A DNA stretch of 63,943 nt, filler included, from Squatina squatina (taxonomy: Eukaryota): assembly GCA_031763465.1 (NCBI GenBank). It is 4 parts of 4 records of this genome, joined end to end, with 100 filler letters (N's around TTAATTAATTAA, not from the genome) between each part and the next. Parts side by side here need not be neighbours in the genome. Positions count along the whole stretch, not along the records: positions 33,654 to 46,330 come from JARFOE010000194.1; positions 46,431 to 63,943 come from JARFOE010000121.1; 2 more parts are not named here. One strand, written 5' to 3'. Shown here piece after piece: positions 40,869 through 53,516 of the stretch. A program made the position numbers and the translations under genes. The notes under the pieces are model-generated. The model was not told the DNA's origin. It saw only the letters and a list, made by a program, of their open reading frames with translations, and made no database searches. How positions within the stretch are numbered: position 1 is the first letter of the stretch; each line of letters starts with the position of its first letter.

Positions 40869-43800
40869 NNNNNNNNNNNNNNNNNNNNNNNNNNNNNNNN
40901 NNNNNNNNNNNNNNNNNNNNNNNNNNNNNNNNNNNNNNNNNNNNNNNNNNNNNNNNNNNNNNNNNNNNTTTGATGCAGTGAGGTTGCAGAATTTTCCTCT
41001 AATTGATAGATGAAGTGATATCAATTCCCGATGTTAGTGTCCAAACACTCAACAACTTTGTATGATATTCATTTTGTCTACTATTTTAATGCAGGCATTG
41101 ATCCATATTTTAAATAAGTTAACACTTCAGTTAAAAGGCAGACAAAAGAAGGCCGTACAAATGTGTTAAGCACTGGTCAACTAACAGTTATTTCTAGGCT
41201 ATAATTACATTTTCTCAGCTGATTGCACTGTGAGAGTAGCTGTGACAACAGTTCAATAATTAGTTGTAAATGATGCAAGCAGTGTCACCACAGATGAAGA
41301 GTGTGATGCTAACATAAATATGGAAAAACAAATGCAGTCAAATTTTGTGTGAAATGTCTTTGAAAGGTGCTGAATATAGAAACTCAGGGCCTTGAGTAGA
41401 TGATAAACAAAGATTCAAAGTAACAGCTGTCCTGTGGGCTGGTGCTCAGGGCTGTCCAGCATCCCAATTTAAACAAAGACAGTATCAGTTTCAAAAATGC
41501 ATTTAGACTTATGCAAATATATTGCGCCACAAACTGGATGATTAACTTTTAGGTTACCTTTGCAGCCTTCAGTATAAATAATATTAGCAAAAACAATTTT
41601 TCATGCATTTTTAATTGTCAATACAGCACTGATATATATACTTAGTAAATCTATATATCGTTAAAGCATAAACATACATACATAGTACATAAAGTTTACA
41701 TAATTTTGCAAATAACTCAGCAAACACAGTGACATGTTAAATTCACAAGAATAATTAAACTTTAGCTCTGTAAAATTCACACTTATGGTGGCTACAATGC
41801 AGTTATAGAAACTGGAGAACTCAGATTCTTCTACAACACTGGCTTCAATTTTTCTGTGTGAGGAATCCCCGAAAATATTAACAGACACCACAGGAACCTT
41901 TGTTCTAACTTCCAGACACAGAGTGNNNNNNNNNNNNNNNNNNNNNNNNNNNNNNNNNNNNNNNNNNNNNNNNNNNNNNNNNNNNNNNNNNNNNNNNNNN
42001 NNNNNNNNNNNNNNNNNNNNNNNNNTGGCAAGACGAGTTCTTGTACTCTAGGTGACCTCCTGAGATCACACACAGGGTTTTCATCAATTTAAAGCATAAC
42101 ACATTCAGCTGATGGAACAAAATCTCTGAACTGCAAACATTGCTGCCAAAAATTAACAGCAATCTCAAGATTTTTACCATCTGGGGATCTGGTTTTATTT
42201 ATATGGCCAACAGTTGTCCAAAGTCTATGGCAGAAACACAATAATGTGATTATGATACCTTCAATACATTATGGAGATTGATGTCTTACTCGAAAAAAGT
42301 AGCATCCGTCTGCAAACATGAATCCCAGAGACACAAAGATATGAAATTCAAGTCATGACTGGTTTCTTTCTCAGTAAACCAACAGTTTTGTGTTGTGTAT
42401 CCATATATTTCAAACGTACCATTATCCTTTCAAAGTTTCTCATGTTTAAAATAAATACAGAACACCTTTGAAGTAAGAACTTAATGAAAAGCCACCCTTT
42501 AACAGACTATGGGTGCAGCTGGCCACATAAGAGTACGATGACCAACATGCATTTTCTTCAAAATTAACAACGTGGCTTACGTAAAATATGTCTCTTTCAC
42601 AAACATATGCGATAGAAATAAGATTAAACAGGCTTGGCAAAAATAAGCGGATCTTTAGGCTTTGAGTACGTGTAATGCCATTCTGTGATTTCCTTTCCAA
42701 TAAGCTACTTGAGCTGCGTCCAGTATCTGTAACATATTGGCCCTGAAATTGCGATTGGAGGCTTCCTGCGTGCGGCTGCCTCCAAACACAAAAAAGTTAC
42801 GTACTTACCTAAAGGTCCTNNNNNNNNNNNNNNNNNNNNNNNNNNNNNNNNNNNNNNNNNNNNNNNNNNNNNNNNNNNNNNNNNNNNNNNNNNNNNNNNN
42901 NNNNNNNNNNNNNNNNNNNATACACTGACATCCAAGATAAACACACGCAACACTTTACTAAAACCATGCTTCTCCTGGGTGGCTACACCTGCCTTTCACT
43001 CACCAGTTCTCGTGCTTCTTCTAGGCGCAACCTGAGGAACAGTATTATGGGATGTGGTTGGCTGCTCACGCTCTACAAAACCGCATGGTACTGAGGTGGT
43101 CCTCCTCTCATGTCAGCTTGCTCCTAGAATCATGATCATGTGCCATAAGTGTAGCTGAAGGTCCATGGAAAACCTGGAGAAACAATGCCTATGTCTTTTC
43201 TCTGGAGGTTCCATAGAAGATCTTCTGCCAAAGTCACAGCTGGCAATCGGGGAGGACCTCGGCGGAAATTTAACCCCCACAAGCGACAGTCCAGATCCCA
43301 GCAACACCATTAGATACTTGCTAGCTTGTATATGCTTTTGTATAGGGTAAACTATGTAACACAACCTGTAAATAAATAAAATCTGAATGTATCCAATTAT
43401 AACCATTGAAAGCTCTGAGAAACTCTAGCTGATACTCTAATTGCTTAGAGCCTGTGTAGTGATCATGATGAAATAGGACTGCCCTCCATCAAATTAGAAA
43501 ATGTACATGAAAGTTGACTAGCATTACAAAGCTTAAAACTGTATTTTTCAAAAATCCGATCCGCTTATAATTTTGTGGTATTGAGAATCCTCAGATTCCT
43601 AAGATTGCTGATCTGTTTCCTATGTATAACATTGACACTATAGAGTGGGGTGGATTACTTAACCTCAGAAGGCTTCTGTGAAATAAAGGGCTATTCTGAT
43701 ATGGTCATTAGTTTCTGCCATGAACACATATGCTGTCATACAGCAATGCGAAAAATATAACCAATCTAAATAAATTCTGCTAGAATACATAAATATTTGA

Positions 43801-44443
43801 TTACAGAATGCACACTATTCTCTTTTCACATGAAAGTAAACTGTTTCATGTGGGCTGAAAATTGAAACCACTTGAGATTTTAGGCAACATGCCCGTCATT
43901 GAGGTTAATTTATAATCTATTTCAGAACATTTTGTGACTGCATTAATCTGGATTTAATTCAGTTCTTCTCCCNNNNNNNNNNNNNNNNNNNNNNNNNNNN
44001 NNNNNNNNNNNNNNNNNNNNNNNNNNNNNNNNNNNNNNNNNNNNNNNNNNNNNNNNNNNNNNNNNNNNNNNNAAGCCAGTCCGATCCTGTCCTTGCTTAG
44101 CATCCACACACAAGCACCTTCAAGCGGGTTGTCACTGAGTGGTGATCAGGAGCTGTCTTGTCCGCTCCGTATCCCATGGGACACTAAGACCATTTGTTGC
44201 CTCACAGATGTCCCGCCTAGTTGAGATCAGCACAGACCAGGGATCAAGTCACGAACCTTCCTGGGTTGTATGGCTCAGCAGAGCTAAATGAATACATGAC
44301 TTTTTTCTAAAAATTGGATAGTAAGATCCCTTCTGTTTTTCCTCATGTTCCATCACTCTTTGAATGCTCAGTGTAATAATGGAATGTTTGGGATGATTTC
44401 TGCAAAGAAGATGTATTAGAAAGGCTGGCTGTANNNNNNNNNN

Positions 44444-44688
44444 CCTCCATAGATACGGGGGTGGTGCCAGAAGACTGGAGAATTGCAAATATTACACCAT
44501 TGTTCAAAAAATGGTGTAAAGATAAACCCGACAACTGCAGGCCAGTCAGTTTAACCTCGGTAGTGAAACAGTAATCAGGGACAAAACTTGGATAGCGTGG
44601 ATTAATTAAGGCAAGCCAGCACGGATTTTGATAAAGGCAAATCGTGTTTAACAACTTGATCGCGGTTTTTGATGAGGTAACAGAAGAA
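44444..44688 (+). mobile_element. CR1 LINE RT fragment
   Basis: VVPEDWRIANITPLFKK...NCRPVSLTSV; SCL.NLIAVFDEVT. Confidence 0.85.
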
Positions 44689-44842
44689 NNNNNNNNNNNN
44701 NNNNNNNNNNNNNNNNNNNNNNNNNNNNNNNNNNNNNNNNNNNNNNNNNNNNNNNNNNNNNNNNNNNNNNNNNNNNNNNNNNNNNNNNTTCCATCAAACT
44801 CAAGTTGTCCAATTCTGAAAGAGCAAAAATGAAACATAATTT

Positions 44843-45197
44843 GTACTGAGGGAGTGCTGCACTGCCGGAGGTCCTGTCCTTTGAATGTGATGTTCATCTG
44901 AGGCCCTGTCTGCTCTCTCAGGTGGTTGTAAAGGATCTCATGACACGATTTCAAAGTAGAGCAGGGGAGTTATCTCTGGTGTCCTGGCCAATATTTATTC
45001 CTCCACCAACATCACAAAAAAAAAAATTATCTGGTCACTGTCACATTGCTGTGTGTGGGAGCTTGCTGTGCACAAATTGGCTGCCACATTTCCTACATTA
45101 CAACAGTGACTACACTTCAAAAGTACTTCATTGGCTGTAAATCGCTTTGGGACATCCGGTGGTCGTGAAAGATGCTATATAAATGTAAGTCTTTCTT
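44843..45197 (+). mobile_element. Deu-domain SINE copy
   Basis: Collinear with 6945-7300. Confidence 0.82.
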
Positions 45198-46330
45198 TGT
45201 TTTTTTCTTTCACAAACCCGGAGATCCCTCCACATTATTATTCTTGTTGCAGTACACCACAAGGCTTTGGGAGCAGGGCAGTTAAATGTGAATTTTCTCA
45301 GGGTCATATCTGGGCAAATCCACCCATCTTGGGGCTGGAGTTAGGGTTACAATCTAATGTAAATTCTTCAGCCCTGGGTTCCCATCCAGCAAGGCTCCAT
45401 GCTGGGTGCAGCGGCCTACTGAATATACCCAATTTAGTACAATTGTTGAAGCCGGGTTGACAGCTGGCTCTGATCACAGATCATAATGTGCTAATTAAAT
45501 CCTTTGCCATTAAATATGAAACACCGTGAGAAGTAAGTTATTCAAGAAATCAGATCGGGCAAAATGCCACAAGTCTCTTCAAACAATCAATCAGCACATG
45601 CATTGAGAAAGAAAGCAATAAGCCGAAGATGATTTCTTTGGAGGCAATTAATATCAAAAACCAGTCTTTTAAGTTGTACCACATTTAGAATTTGCATCTA
45701 TTTATCATAGACCTGTCTATAGGCCTCTCATTGCATGCACATGCTACTTAAGCGCTTCACTTCAAAGCCATGCTCTCATGCAGCCAATGAAGCTTCCTAA
45801 CTCAAACCAATTTTCATGAATCCTAGACTAGACCAACCTGTCTGATGGTGGAAAGGATATATTCTCCTCATATATATCTCCTTCTAACCCCAGACTGCTC
45901 CAGCTACTGCTGTTGCCATTACTGCCAGAAAGGAAAAGAAAGGCAGTGGACATTGAGTAACTGACCATATTTTCTCATTCCCTTCCCATCACCATTGTTT
46001 GGTCAAACTACACACATACAGCAATTCTAGAACACAGAGATGGTGCATTTCCTGTTGCTGACCCTGTACCCACATGCAATTCACCAGGTTTCTTCTGCAT
46101 CAAACAGTCAAAAAACAAATACTTGCAACATCTTTTCCGAACAGACTGGTATCTTTGGCTATTTTTGACATCCAAGGGCCAAAATGGCGAGGCTTCACTG
46201 CCGGTGTGTAGCCTCACTCAGAGCGAGGGCTGGAGGTCGGGTGGGAGCACGCTGGCTCTGATTCACCATTTGCATTCACCAGCAGCTGAGCCTCCTGAAT
46301 CCTGTGTTCTGGTGCCAGGGCACGAAATTT

Positions 46331-46430
46331 NNNNNNNNNNNNNNNNNNNNNNNNNNNNNNNNNNNNNNNNNNNNTTAATTAATTAANNNNNNNNNNNNNN
46401 NNNNNNNNNNNNNNNNNNNNNNNNNNNNNN
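46331..46430. other. Artificial concatenation linker
   Basis: TTAATTAATTAA at 46375-46386 inside Ns. Confidence 0.95.
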
Positions 46431-46862
46431 TATTGAATGGCGGTGCAGGCTCGAAGGGCCTAATGGCCTACTCCTGCACCTATTTTCTATGTTTCTATGT
46501 TTCCATGATTGTCATTAAAAACCCATCTGGTTCAATAAAGTCCTTTAGGGAAGGAAATCTGCTGTTCTAACATGGTCTGGCCTATATGTGACTCCGGGAC
46601 CCACAGCAATTACCTGCCCTCTGAAGTGGCGGCTCGAAACCACCTTCTCAAGGTCAATCAGGGATGGGCAATAAATGTCGGCCAGCAATACCCACAACCA
46701 TAAAAAAAAATTAGGATAAACATAGTTTTCTCATTTGTAATTAACTGCTTACTTTTATGCATTGTTGCATTTTCTAGTGAATATACTTATCATTAATAGC
46801 TACAGTTGAGTTTTACAGCTCAGTACTGACGATGATTTTTGTACTGCCCATTCCTTCCATAG

Positions 46863-47025
46863 GACTACTCCACAGAAAGGCTAAAGACTACCAATGAGAT
46901 CTTGAAGGGCATCAAACTTTTGAAGCTTTATGCCTGGGAGCACATTTTCTGCAACAATGTGGAAAAAACTAGAATGCAGGAGTTAACCAGTCTGAAGAGC
47001 TTTGCACTTTACACATCCTTATCCA
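46863..47025 (+). CDS. ABCC9: Sulfonylurea receptor 2 exon (TMD1); not in ORF track
   Basis: ccatag|...|gtatgt, 163 bp; [54 protein letters not shown]. Confidence 0.93.
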
Positions 47026-48219
47026 GTATGTATTGACCAGAACTAGTGTGTTGCCTTAGAGATAATGAACGTACCGCCTACATTTTCGGAAAATAAAGCT
47101 TGTAGAGGCGGAATTTCCTCTTTCCCGCAATGTTGATGAATCTTCGGGAGGTCGGGATTTTCACTGAGCATGGTCCCACCATGGTTTCCCAGGTCCGTAA
47201 TTTGGATATGGGCGTAGGATCCAGTGACATCACTGCCCATTGCCTTCACTAGGTTAACGTTATTGCGTTAAAGGTGCTATATTATCGCAAGTTGTTGTTA
47301 CCTGCATTGTATGGAGGGAGGGGGAAATTGAAGTCATCAGTTGCTCTCGGCGAATTAGCCCCTTTAAAATTTAATCCCCCCAAACCCTTGTGTCACATAG
47401 TAACACTNNNNNNNNNNNNNNNNNNNNNNNNNNNNNNNNNNNNNNNNNNNNNNNNNNNNNNNNNNNNNNNNNNNNNNNNNNNNNNNNNNNNNNNNNNNNN
47501 NNNNNNNTCATGGATAGCAAGGGGCTTATTCACAAGGATATTCTGGAGGGAGATGCAGGCAGGGGGGATGATTATTGAACCGCAGGCAGAGTCCACGGGA
47601 TCAGCGGTGGAAGGGGAGGGAGATGAGCAAGATTAGCCCCCAAAAGCCGCGCTGCATGGGGAGGTTGGCGAGAGAGTGGGATGGGGTCATTGGGATTGTT
47701 GCTCGTAAGGAGATAGCGATGAGTGTCTCGATGGGCCCTTTGGAGAAAGAGACACAGAGGGAAGCTGTGTCTTCTCCAAGAGGGAGTCAAGTCCTTTGGA
47801 AGTAGGAAAGTAGGAAAGTACCGGACTAGTGAAGGGTTGTAATAGGGCTTTGGGTGTTGGGGGGAAGCACCAGAGAGAGGAGAAATCAAAACAGGCCTGA
47901 CTGGGTAACAGGAAGGGGAGGAAAGGCCCAAGAGGGGCAAAGAAAAGAGATCTAAAAAAGGAGGTAGAACTAATGGGCTTGAATATGGAACAGCTCACGC
48001 GAATGGACACAGTAAAACTCAGGTTTCGTGGGCATGGCAAAGATAAGGATAGATCTGTCCTGGTTGTACATGGAGAACAGGCAGGAAACAATAAGCGAGA
48101 GCACAAAGTTAAAGTCAGAGGTCCTATGGTGAGATGAAGTTCACTTAAAAAAGTGAACTAAATTAGCCTTGAGTCGGTATAATTGTATTAAAATGTTCCT
48201 TTTTTTATTTACAATACAG

Positions 48220-48330
48220 CACACTAAGGCCTTCAACAGGAGACAACCCCTAAAGGGCCAGTTGGAAGGTTATGAACAGCCACTGAGGAGGTACATTCGG
48301 TCCAGGGAGACAGAAGATGTGTCAGTCAAG
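48220..48330 (+). CDS. ABCC9: SUR2 exon preceding NBD1 (the exon alternatively skipped in mammals)
   Basis: atacag|, 111 bp, phase 0/0; HTKAFNRRQPLKGQLEGYEQPLRRYIRSRETEDVSVK resembles human ...YEQSTRRLRPAETEDIAIK. Confidence 0.78.
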
Positions 48331-48834
48331 GTCACTAACTTGTAATTGTTTCCTACTGTACAGCTGTGGTTCTCATGCGACTATTCCCTGTCTTTCTGTG
48401 CACACGAGAACAAAAGGGAAAGAGCAATCCATACTGTGGCTCGCGAAGTATAAACGAGGAGGAGCTAGCCTTTCCCACACTCAGGGCAGAAGTCAGATTA
48501 TGTAAGAGTATTCATTTCCTGCTTTTAATCACTGCAGTAAAATTATAATTCAAACAAAGACAAACATTTTCATTGGATATTCACTCGCTATTATCTTAAA
48601 AGGCACCAAGATAAAAGTGCTCACGTCCGATCAAATGCTCCCGATTAGGAAGCCGTAATTTTCCATTTTCAGTCCCGACTACTTACGCCATCTGCGTTTA
48701 TCCCTGACATCTGCCTGTATCGGGCAAATGGAGCNNNNNNNNNNNNNNNNNNNNNNNNNNNNNNNNNNNNNNNNNNNNNNNNNNNNNNNNNNNNNNNNNN
48801 NNNNNNNNNNNNNNNNNNNNNNNNNNNNNNNNNN

Positions 48835-49052
48835 AAGAAGATAACATGTCAACAGTAATGAGGCTTAGAACAAAAATGCCTTGGAGAGCTTTCTGGAGAT
48901 ATCTGACCTCAGGAGGGTTCCTTCTGCTATTTTTGCTGATCATCTCCAAGTTGCTAAAACATTCTGTCATGGTGGCCATTGACTATTGGTTGGCAAAGTG
49001 GACAACTGAGAGCCAAATACCGACACACAACAACTTCACAATGACTGACAAG
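48835..49052 (+). CDS. ABCC9: SUR2 exon (start of TMD2), 5' end in gap
   Basis: [56 protein letters not shown]...|gtagga. Confidence 0.93.
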
Positions 49053-49534
49053 GTAGGAAACTGACTGAATATCTGGAAATCTTTCCCCCAAAAAGCTGTG
49101 TTGAGGCTGCGTCAATTGAAAATTTATCAACTGAGATTGATAGATTTCTGTTAGGTAAGGGTGTTAATGGACATGGAACCATGGCGGGTGAATGGAGTTG
49201 AGATACAAATCAGCCATGATCTAATTGAAAGGCAGAACAGGCTCAAGGACACCTGATCCGAATAATAAAGTATGGTAAGTATGACTCAATCAGTGCACTT
49301 TACATGGGGAATTAGGAGGGTGGGCTCGACATAAATAGCCATGAGCCGAAATTAGCATTCACCCCAAATGAAAATATTAACGATAACTACTTGTTGCACT
49401 AAGGGGATTAAGGGATATGGGATCAGGATGAAAANNNNNNNNNNNNNNNNNNNNNNNNNNNNNNNNNNNNNNNNNNNNNNNNNNNNNNNNNNNNNNNNNN
49501 NNNNNNNNNNNNNNNNNNNNNNNNNNNNNNNNNN

Positions 49535-49775
49535 CTCCAAGTTCCCCTCCAAGTCACACACCATCCTGACTTGGAAATATATCGGCCGGTCCTTCATCGT
49601 TGCTGGGTCAAAATCCTGGAACTCCCTCCCTAACAGCGCCATGGGAGCACCTTCACCACACAGACTGCAGGGGTTCAAAGAAGGTGGCTCACCACCAGCT
49701 TCTCAGGGGCAATTAGGGATGGGCGATAAATGCTGGCCTTGTTAGTGACTCTGATATCCAGAGAATGAATTAAAA
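49535..49775 (+). mobile_element. LINE 3' end; its tail is shared with 46600-46700 and 51262-51430
   Basis: KSWNSLP motif and a caccacc..ctcaagggcaa.taggg atgggc.ataaatg tail repeated three times. Confidence 0.7.
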
Positions 49776-50006
49776 AATACTTTTAATATTATAAAATATT
49801 AAGATTTTTCAAGATAAAGAGTTGCAGGGCGAGTTGCCGTGATACACGGGATGCTTTTGGTGGCTTTGGTTTATGCAGCCACAATTAACCTGCATCTTCT
49901 GGACTGCACTCTGCTTTATGATCGGCCTAGTCAGTTCATCATTCGATGTACAAACCCATTCTGCCCCCACCCCTGCCATTACTCACTCTGCTGTTTCTCC
50001 TTCCAG

Positions 50007-50144
50007 CATCGTGTGACTTCCATTCTGGATGCAGACCTAGTGTTAGTCTTTTGCGAGGGTATTTTAGTGGAGTGTGGTGCTTCCTCAAAATTGCTCTCCC
50101 AGGAGGAGAGCATCTTTGCCTCTCTGGTGAAGTTCAACAAGTAG
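50007..50144 (+). CDS. ABCC9: SUR2A-type terminal exon
   Basis: ttccag| HRVTSILDADLVLVFCEGILVECGASSKLLSQEESIFASLVKFNK*; F.EGILVEC and ..NK* are SUR2A-like, not SUR2B (MKRGNIL...RADM). Confidence 0.9.
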   Translation, partial: HRVTSILDADLVLVFCEGILVECGASSKLLSQEESIFASLVKFNK

Positions 50145-50736
50145 AGGAGTCCAGTGCACTCTATTGGCACAGAGTCCAGCTCTTGGGTTGGTAGACTTGA
50201 TGGTTATTGGCAACGGCCATGGCAGCTTTAATCGTGTTTGTTTTTTCTGCTGGAGTCTTCATGCAAACACGCAAGCTTACTGTGCCTCGAGTACAAAAGT
50301 TGATGTGCTGGCGTTGTGTGGCTTCTGTACTTTGAGATCTGTGCGATTTGGTAGTTCAAGATCTAGGTTAATGCCTTGTAAAAAAAAATGTGCTTTTACC
50401 AACACTGTGCATAATTGGAAATCAACTTATTTCATTGTGTGAGATTTTTGTCAAAAGTAACAAAAAATCTGCAACCATTTCATAATGTGCTAATGTTCTG
50501 TTATAATATATATTTTGTTAAGAATTGAAAGAGAAATAATATTTTTGTAACTAAAGTCTGGCTGCTAGCTTATTTACTTCAACAATCCAAAAATTAATCA
50601 AACTTTGCTAAGAAGGCTGGAACTCCCTCACATCATCCCTATATAGCGAGTCCTGATTTCAGACTGTTATCCATATAGCGAGATGCAGATTCAACAAACT
50701 GGAGTTAAACAACAACAACTTGCATTTATACAAGAG

Positions 50737-51161
50737 CATAAGAAATAGGAGCAAGAGTAGACCATTCGGCCCCTCAAGCCTGCTCCGCCATTCAATAAGA
50801 TGGCGTTGAGGCAGCCATAATCTTGTTGAACAGCGGAGCAGGCTCGAGAAGCCGAATGGCCTACTCCTGCTCCTAGTTTTTATGTCCTTATGTAAGATCA
50901 TGGCTGATCTCCTACCTCAACTCCACTTTCCTGCATGATGCCCATATCCTTTGATTACCTTAATATCCAAAAATCCATCGATTTCTGTCTTGAATGTACT
51001 CAATGACTGAGCATCCACAGCCCTCTGGGGTAGAGAATTCCAAGGATTCACCACCAAATGCCTCCTCATCTCAGTCCTAAATTGCTGACCTCTTATTCTA
51101 AGTCTGTGAACCCTGGTTCGAGACTCCTCAGCCAGAGGAAACATCCTCCCTGCATCTACCC
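50737..51161 (-). mobile_element. CR1 3' end with a nested inverted CR1 tail
   Basis: Minus-strand FPLAEESRTRVHRLRIRG...WNSLPQRAVDA; inverted arm at 50802-50892. Confidence 0.85.
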
Positions 51162-51436
51162 NNNNNNNNNNNNNNNNNNNNNNNNNNNNNNNNNNNNNNN
51201 NNNNNNNNNNNNNNNNNNNNNNNNNNNNNNNNNNNNNNNNNNNNNNNNNNNNNNNNNNNNNTGTGGTTGACTCTTAGCTGCCCTCTGAATTGGCCCAGCA
51301 AGCCACTCAGTTATAAACAACCACAACTGCAGCAGTTCAAGAAAGCAGCTCATCACCACTTTCTCAAGGGCAACTAGGAATGAGCAATAACTGCTGGCTT
51401 TGCCAGCATTGCCACATCTCAGAAATGAATAAAACA

Positions 51437-51688
51437 AGTGATGTTGGTTGAGGATGAATGTTGGCCTGGAGAAAACTCTTTTTTTCAAAATAGTTGGGAT
51501 TTTTTACATCCACTTGACAGGGCATCAGTTTTAACGTCTCGTCCACAAGACGGCACCTCCGACGTTGCAGCACTCCCTCAGTAGTGCACTGGAGTGCCAA
51601 CCTAAATGTTTTACCTGAGTTTTTGGAGTGTGACTTGAACCCACAACATTTTTGACTTCACGGTAAGAGTGCCACCAAGGCTGACACC
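51437..51688 (-). mobile_element. Deu-domain SINE copy (inverted)
   Basis: gcagcactccctcagta and acttgaacccacaac are reverse complements of the 6850-7100 SINE. Confidence 0.75.
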
Positions 51689-51964
51689 AGCATATTAAAT
51701 CTTGTTGGACAAGAATGGGGCTGTGCTTTTAACAGGAATGGGGCTGGGATTTTCCCCTTCAGCACACCAGGAGGACACATTGGGGAAATTCCACACCCTC
51801 CTCCCTTGCTCATAGTTTTCTACTCAACTAATTGTGTTTCCACTCTAAAGAGGAATGGCCTATTAGAACTGTGCGGATTGTGGTTGAATTGCTTTATTGA
51901 GTCATGCCATTGTGTTGCATTTGCTCCAATTGTAAACAGTTTGAAATTCGAAGCACTCCTATAG

Positions 51965-52234
<270 letters not shown>

Positions 52235-53060
52235 TGAGTTTAACCTAACCGTCCAGGCAGAAATCGGGCGGGTGGGCAGTTGAAACCAAGCAGGTTAGTT
52301 ACCCGCTTGGAACTCATGCCCTCGCCAGCTGAGGGCTCTCTGCAGCCTCAGTCTTCCCTGCCTCCCCCCCCCCACCCCATGCGTGTCCCTCTTGTGAGAC
52401 CCTCCCAGTGTCCCCTCCCCACAAGTTGCTTGCTGGTGAGTTGTCCTTTCGGTGCCAGCAGGCCTCTTCACACATCCTCTACAACCCACCATCCACCTGC
52501 CCGTTTCGGGCGGGCAGTTGACCAAAGGAGTCATGTCTGGGGGTTAAACCCTCCCCGCTCCGGCCTCAAAATTTAGGCCAACAAGTACATTTTGCACTTG
52601 CCCTGCCCAGTCCACCCAAAACCCGCTTGGGGTTAAAATTGACCGTGTGGCTTTAATGCCATTTAATATGATTATTATATGAATTTAATTTTTATGGAGC
52701 TTAAGAGTCAATTTGTCAATGCTGTAAAACAGTTTGTTTGCTGTTGAGCTTTGTTTGGTGCAAGACATGGCTCTTTAATGAGTAGTTCCTTATTGTTAAC
52801 TATGTATCTTCATTTACTGACCAAACACTTCAGATGTTTGAGTTGGAGGCAACATGTGATATACAAACTACCATTTCCATGAAGCTATTAACTCAAAGGG
52901 AAGTGTATCGGTGAATGTGACGTACAAAATGTACTATTATACTTTTAACGCGTGACACAGAATTATCTGCCACATGCTGCAATTAAGTGGCACTTTGCCA
53001 GTGGATCTCTGGAGCGACATCACAAGAACTGTCTACATTCAGCTGCTTTACATTTTGCAG

Positions 53061-53121
53061 TTCCCATTTGGAGTGGTGTCAATGTAGCAGGAGTTGGACT
53101 GCAGCAGCTGAACCCTGATAT
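53061..53121 (+). CDS. LDHB: LDHB next exon (3' end in gap)
   Basis: ttgcag| PIWSGVNVAGVGLQQLNPDI. Confidence 0.9.
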
Positions 53122-53292
53122 NNNNNNNNNNNNNNNNNNNNNNNNNNNNNNNNNNNNNNNNNNNNNNNNNNNNNNNNNNNNNNNNNNNNNNNNNNNNNNN
53201 NNNNNNNNNNNNNNNNNNNNNTTGCTGTTGACATTAGAGTTCCTTCAATACGCACGCCTATTAAAATTGCGAATTGATCCAATTCCACTACC

Positions 53293-53298
53293 TTTATT
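53293..53298 (-). terminator. Candidate polyadenylation signal of KISS2
   Basis: AATAAA on the minus strand about 220 nt after the kiss2 stop. Confidence 0.55.
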
Positions 53299-53516
53299 TT
53301 GTGTGTAGAGAGCGTTTACTTGCTTCACATGATATTATACATGTCATACAAAAACGATGCAATTCTGCTGAATTTATCATGGGAACAGAACAGATAACAG
53401 CGAGTCACTGTTGGTCTCCATGTGTGCTGTAGTCTTACACCGCGTTAAATCGAACCGCAAGTACACTGAACATTTCAACAAGCCTCTAATACAAAATCTA
53501 GCGCGGAACAACGCGT

